Positions 61,863 through 64,000 of a stretch of 64,000 nucleotides of DNA are shown here, one piece after another. The notes beneath the pieces were generated by a model, which worked only from the letters and a program-made list of their open reading frames with translations, searched no databases and was not told where the DNA came from. The DNA lies in the NCBI RefSeq assembly GCF_963921235.1, contig NC_086097.1:240624001-240688000 (forward strand), given 5' to 3'. Position numbers and translations under genes: made by a program. The DNA comes from Mobula hypostoma (Eukaryota). Numbering within the stretch: the first letter of the stretch is position 1; every line of letters starts with the position of its first letter.

Positions 61863-64000
61863 AGACCATAAAACCATAAGATTTAGGAACAGAATTAGGC
61901 CTTTTGGCCATTGTATATGCTCCACCACTTTATCACGTCTGATCCAATTTTTCTCTCAGCCCCAATCTCCTGCCTTCTCTCCATATCCCTTCATGCCCTG
62001 ACCAATCTAGATTCTTTCAATCTCTGCCTTAAATATACATAAGCAGCTGCCTGTGGCAAAGAATTCCATAGCGTCACCATCCTCTGCCTAAAGAAATTCC
62101 TTCTCTTCTCCATTCTAAAAGGACGCCCCTTTATTTGAGCCTGTGTCCTCTGGTCTTAGACTTTCTCACCAAAGGAAACATCCTCTCCGCATGCACTGTA
62201 TCAAGGCCTTCCAACATTCGATAGGTTTCAATGAGGTCACCCTTCATTCTTCTGAATGCCAGTGAATATAGGCCCAGAGCCATTAGACACTTTTCATATG
62301 ACAAGCCATTCAACCCTGGAACCATTTTCTTGAACCTCCTTTGATCCCTCTCCAGTTTCAGCACATCCTTTCTAAGATAAGGAGCCCAAACCTGCTCACA
62401 ATTCTCCAAGTGAGGCCTCACCAGTGCTTTATAAAGTTTCAACATTACAGAAAAGTAGGACAAGAGGGCACAGCCTCAGGATAGAGGGGCGCCCTTTCAA
62501 AACAGAGATGCGGAGAAATTTCTTTAGCCAAAGGGTGGTGAATTTGTGGAATTTGTTGTCCCATGCAGCTGTGGAGGTCTGGTTGTTAGGTGTATTTAAG
62601 GCAGTGATTGATAGGTTCTCGACTGGACATGGCAACAAAGGTTACGGGGAGAAGGTTTGGAACTGGGGTTAAGGAGGAGAAAAACAAGGATCAGCCAATA
62701 TTGAATAGCAGAGCAGACTTGATGGGCTAGATAGCCTAATTCTGCTCCTATGTATTATGGTCTTATGGTCTTATATTCTAGTCCTCTTGAAATGAATGCT
62801 AACATTGCACTTGCCTTCCTCACCACAGACACAACCTGCAAATAGGTCAAAGGACCCAAGTACTTTAGCGATTCTGTTTTTTGCATTTTCTGTCCATTTA
62901 GAAAATAGTCAATTCTTTCATTTCTTCTGCCAAAGTGCATGACCATGCACTTCCCAACACTGTATTCCATGTACCATTTCTTTGTCCATTCTCCTAATCT
63001 GGCTAAGTCCTTCTGTAGCCTCTCTACTTCCTCAAGTCTACCTGCCCCTCAACCTATCTCCATATCGTCTGCAAACTTTGCAACATAGCCATCAATTCCA
63101 TCATCAAAATCATTGATAAAAGAAATTAAAAGAATCAGTCCCAACACAGACCCCTGTGGAACACTACTAGTCACCGGCACCCAGTCAGAAAAGGCTCCCT
63201 TTATTCCCTCCCTTTGACTCCTGCCAATCAGCCACTTCTTTATCCATGCTAAAATCTTTCAGGCTCTCGTAGCTTGTTAAACAGCCTCATGTGTGATACC
63301 TTGCCAAAGGCCTTCTGAAAATCCAAGTCCACAATATCAACTGATTCTCCTTGGTGTATCCTGCTTGTTACTTATCCTTTGTCTATCCTGCTTGTTAAGA
63401 ACCTCGTTCTTAATAATGGACTCCAACATCTTCCCAATCAATGAGGTCAGGTTAACTGGCCTGTAGTTTCCTTTCTTCTGCTCTCTCCCTTCTTGAAGAG
63501 TAGGGTGACATTTGCAATTTCCCAGTCATCTGGAACCATTCCAGAATCTAGTGTTTCTTGAAAGAACATTACTCATGCCTCCACGATCTCTTCATCCATC
63601 TCTTTCAGAACTCTGGGGTGTATACCATCTGGTCCAGGTGACTTATCTACTTTCAGACCTTTCAGTTTTCCAAGAACTTTCTCCCTAGTAATGGCAAATT
63701 CATACACATCTGACTCCTGACACCTGGAACCTCCACCTACTGCTAGTGTCTTCCACAGTGAAGACTGATGAAAAATACTTATTCATTTCATCCACTATTT
63801 GATTGTCCCCCATTACCACCTCACCAGCATGTTTTCCAGCAGTCCAATAACCACTCTTGACTCTCTTTTACACTTCATGTATCTGAAGAAACTTTGGTAT
63901 CCTCTTTAATATTATTGGCTACCTTACTCTCTTATTCCATCTTTATCTTAATTACTTTTTCAGTTGCCTTCTGTTAGTTTTTAAAAGCTTTCCAATCCTC
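61863..64000 (-). mobile_element. CR1 (subfamily B), interrupted by an inverted CR1 3' piece; runs off the window edge
   Basis: LYKALVRPHLENCEQVWAP; MEYSVGKCMVMHFGRRN; similar to 1623-2160 at the far end. Confidence 0.9.
62452..62773 (+). mobile_element. CR1 (subfamily B) 3' end inserted in opposite orientation
   Basis: SRTRGHSLRIEGRPFKTEMRRNFFSQRVVNLWN; (TTATGGTC)n tail. Confidence 0.88.

Overview
Repeat-dominated eukaryotic DNA, most likely an intron or intergenic region of a cartilaginous fish (inferred from the CR1-rich landscape and HE1/V-SINE-like SINEs). I recognised no host protein-coding exon, RNA gene or CRISPR array. Almost all listed ORFs are transposon fragments or their antisense shadows. 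The window is a nested mosaic of CR1 LINEs (several subfamilies), Rex1/Babar-type LINEs, RTE LINEs, two tRNA-derived SINE families, Penelope-like elements, a decayed Gypsy element, a solo LTR, Tc1 elements and a Tc1 MITE, a Chapaev3-like transposon, an R4/Dong-like fragment and a fully bounded Helitron. Main points of interest: (1) minimal hammerhead ribozyme motifs in the Penelope pseudo-LTRs, two with intact cores sitting at the 5' edge of 90-130 bp insertions; (2) a 2.4 kb Helitron with no visible Rep domain, in which 23-aa STPR-like repeats lead directly into a PIF1 helicase; (3) a SINE family sharing its 3' end with an RTE LINE in the same window; (4) fold-back Penelope mini-insertions. 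Coordinates were read by eye, and boundaries of decayed copies are approximate.
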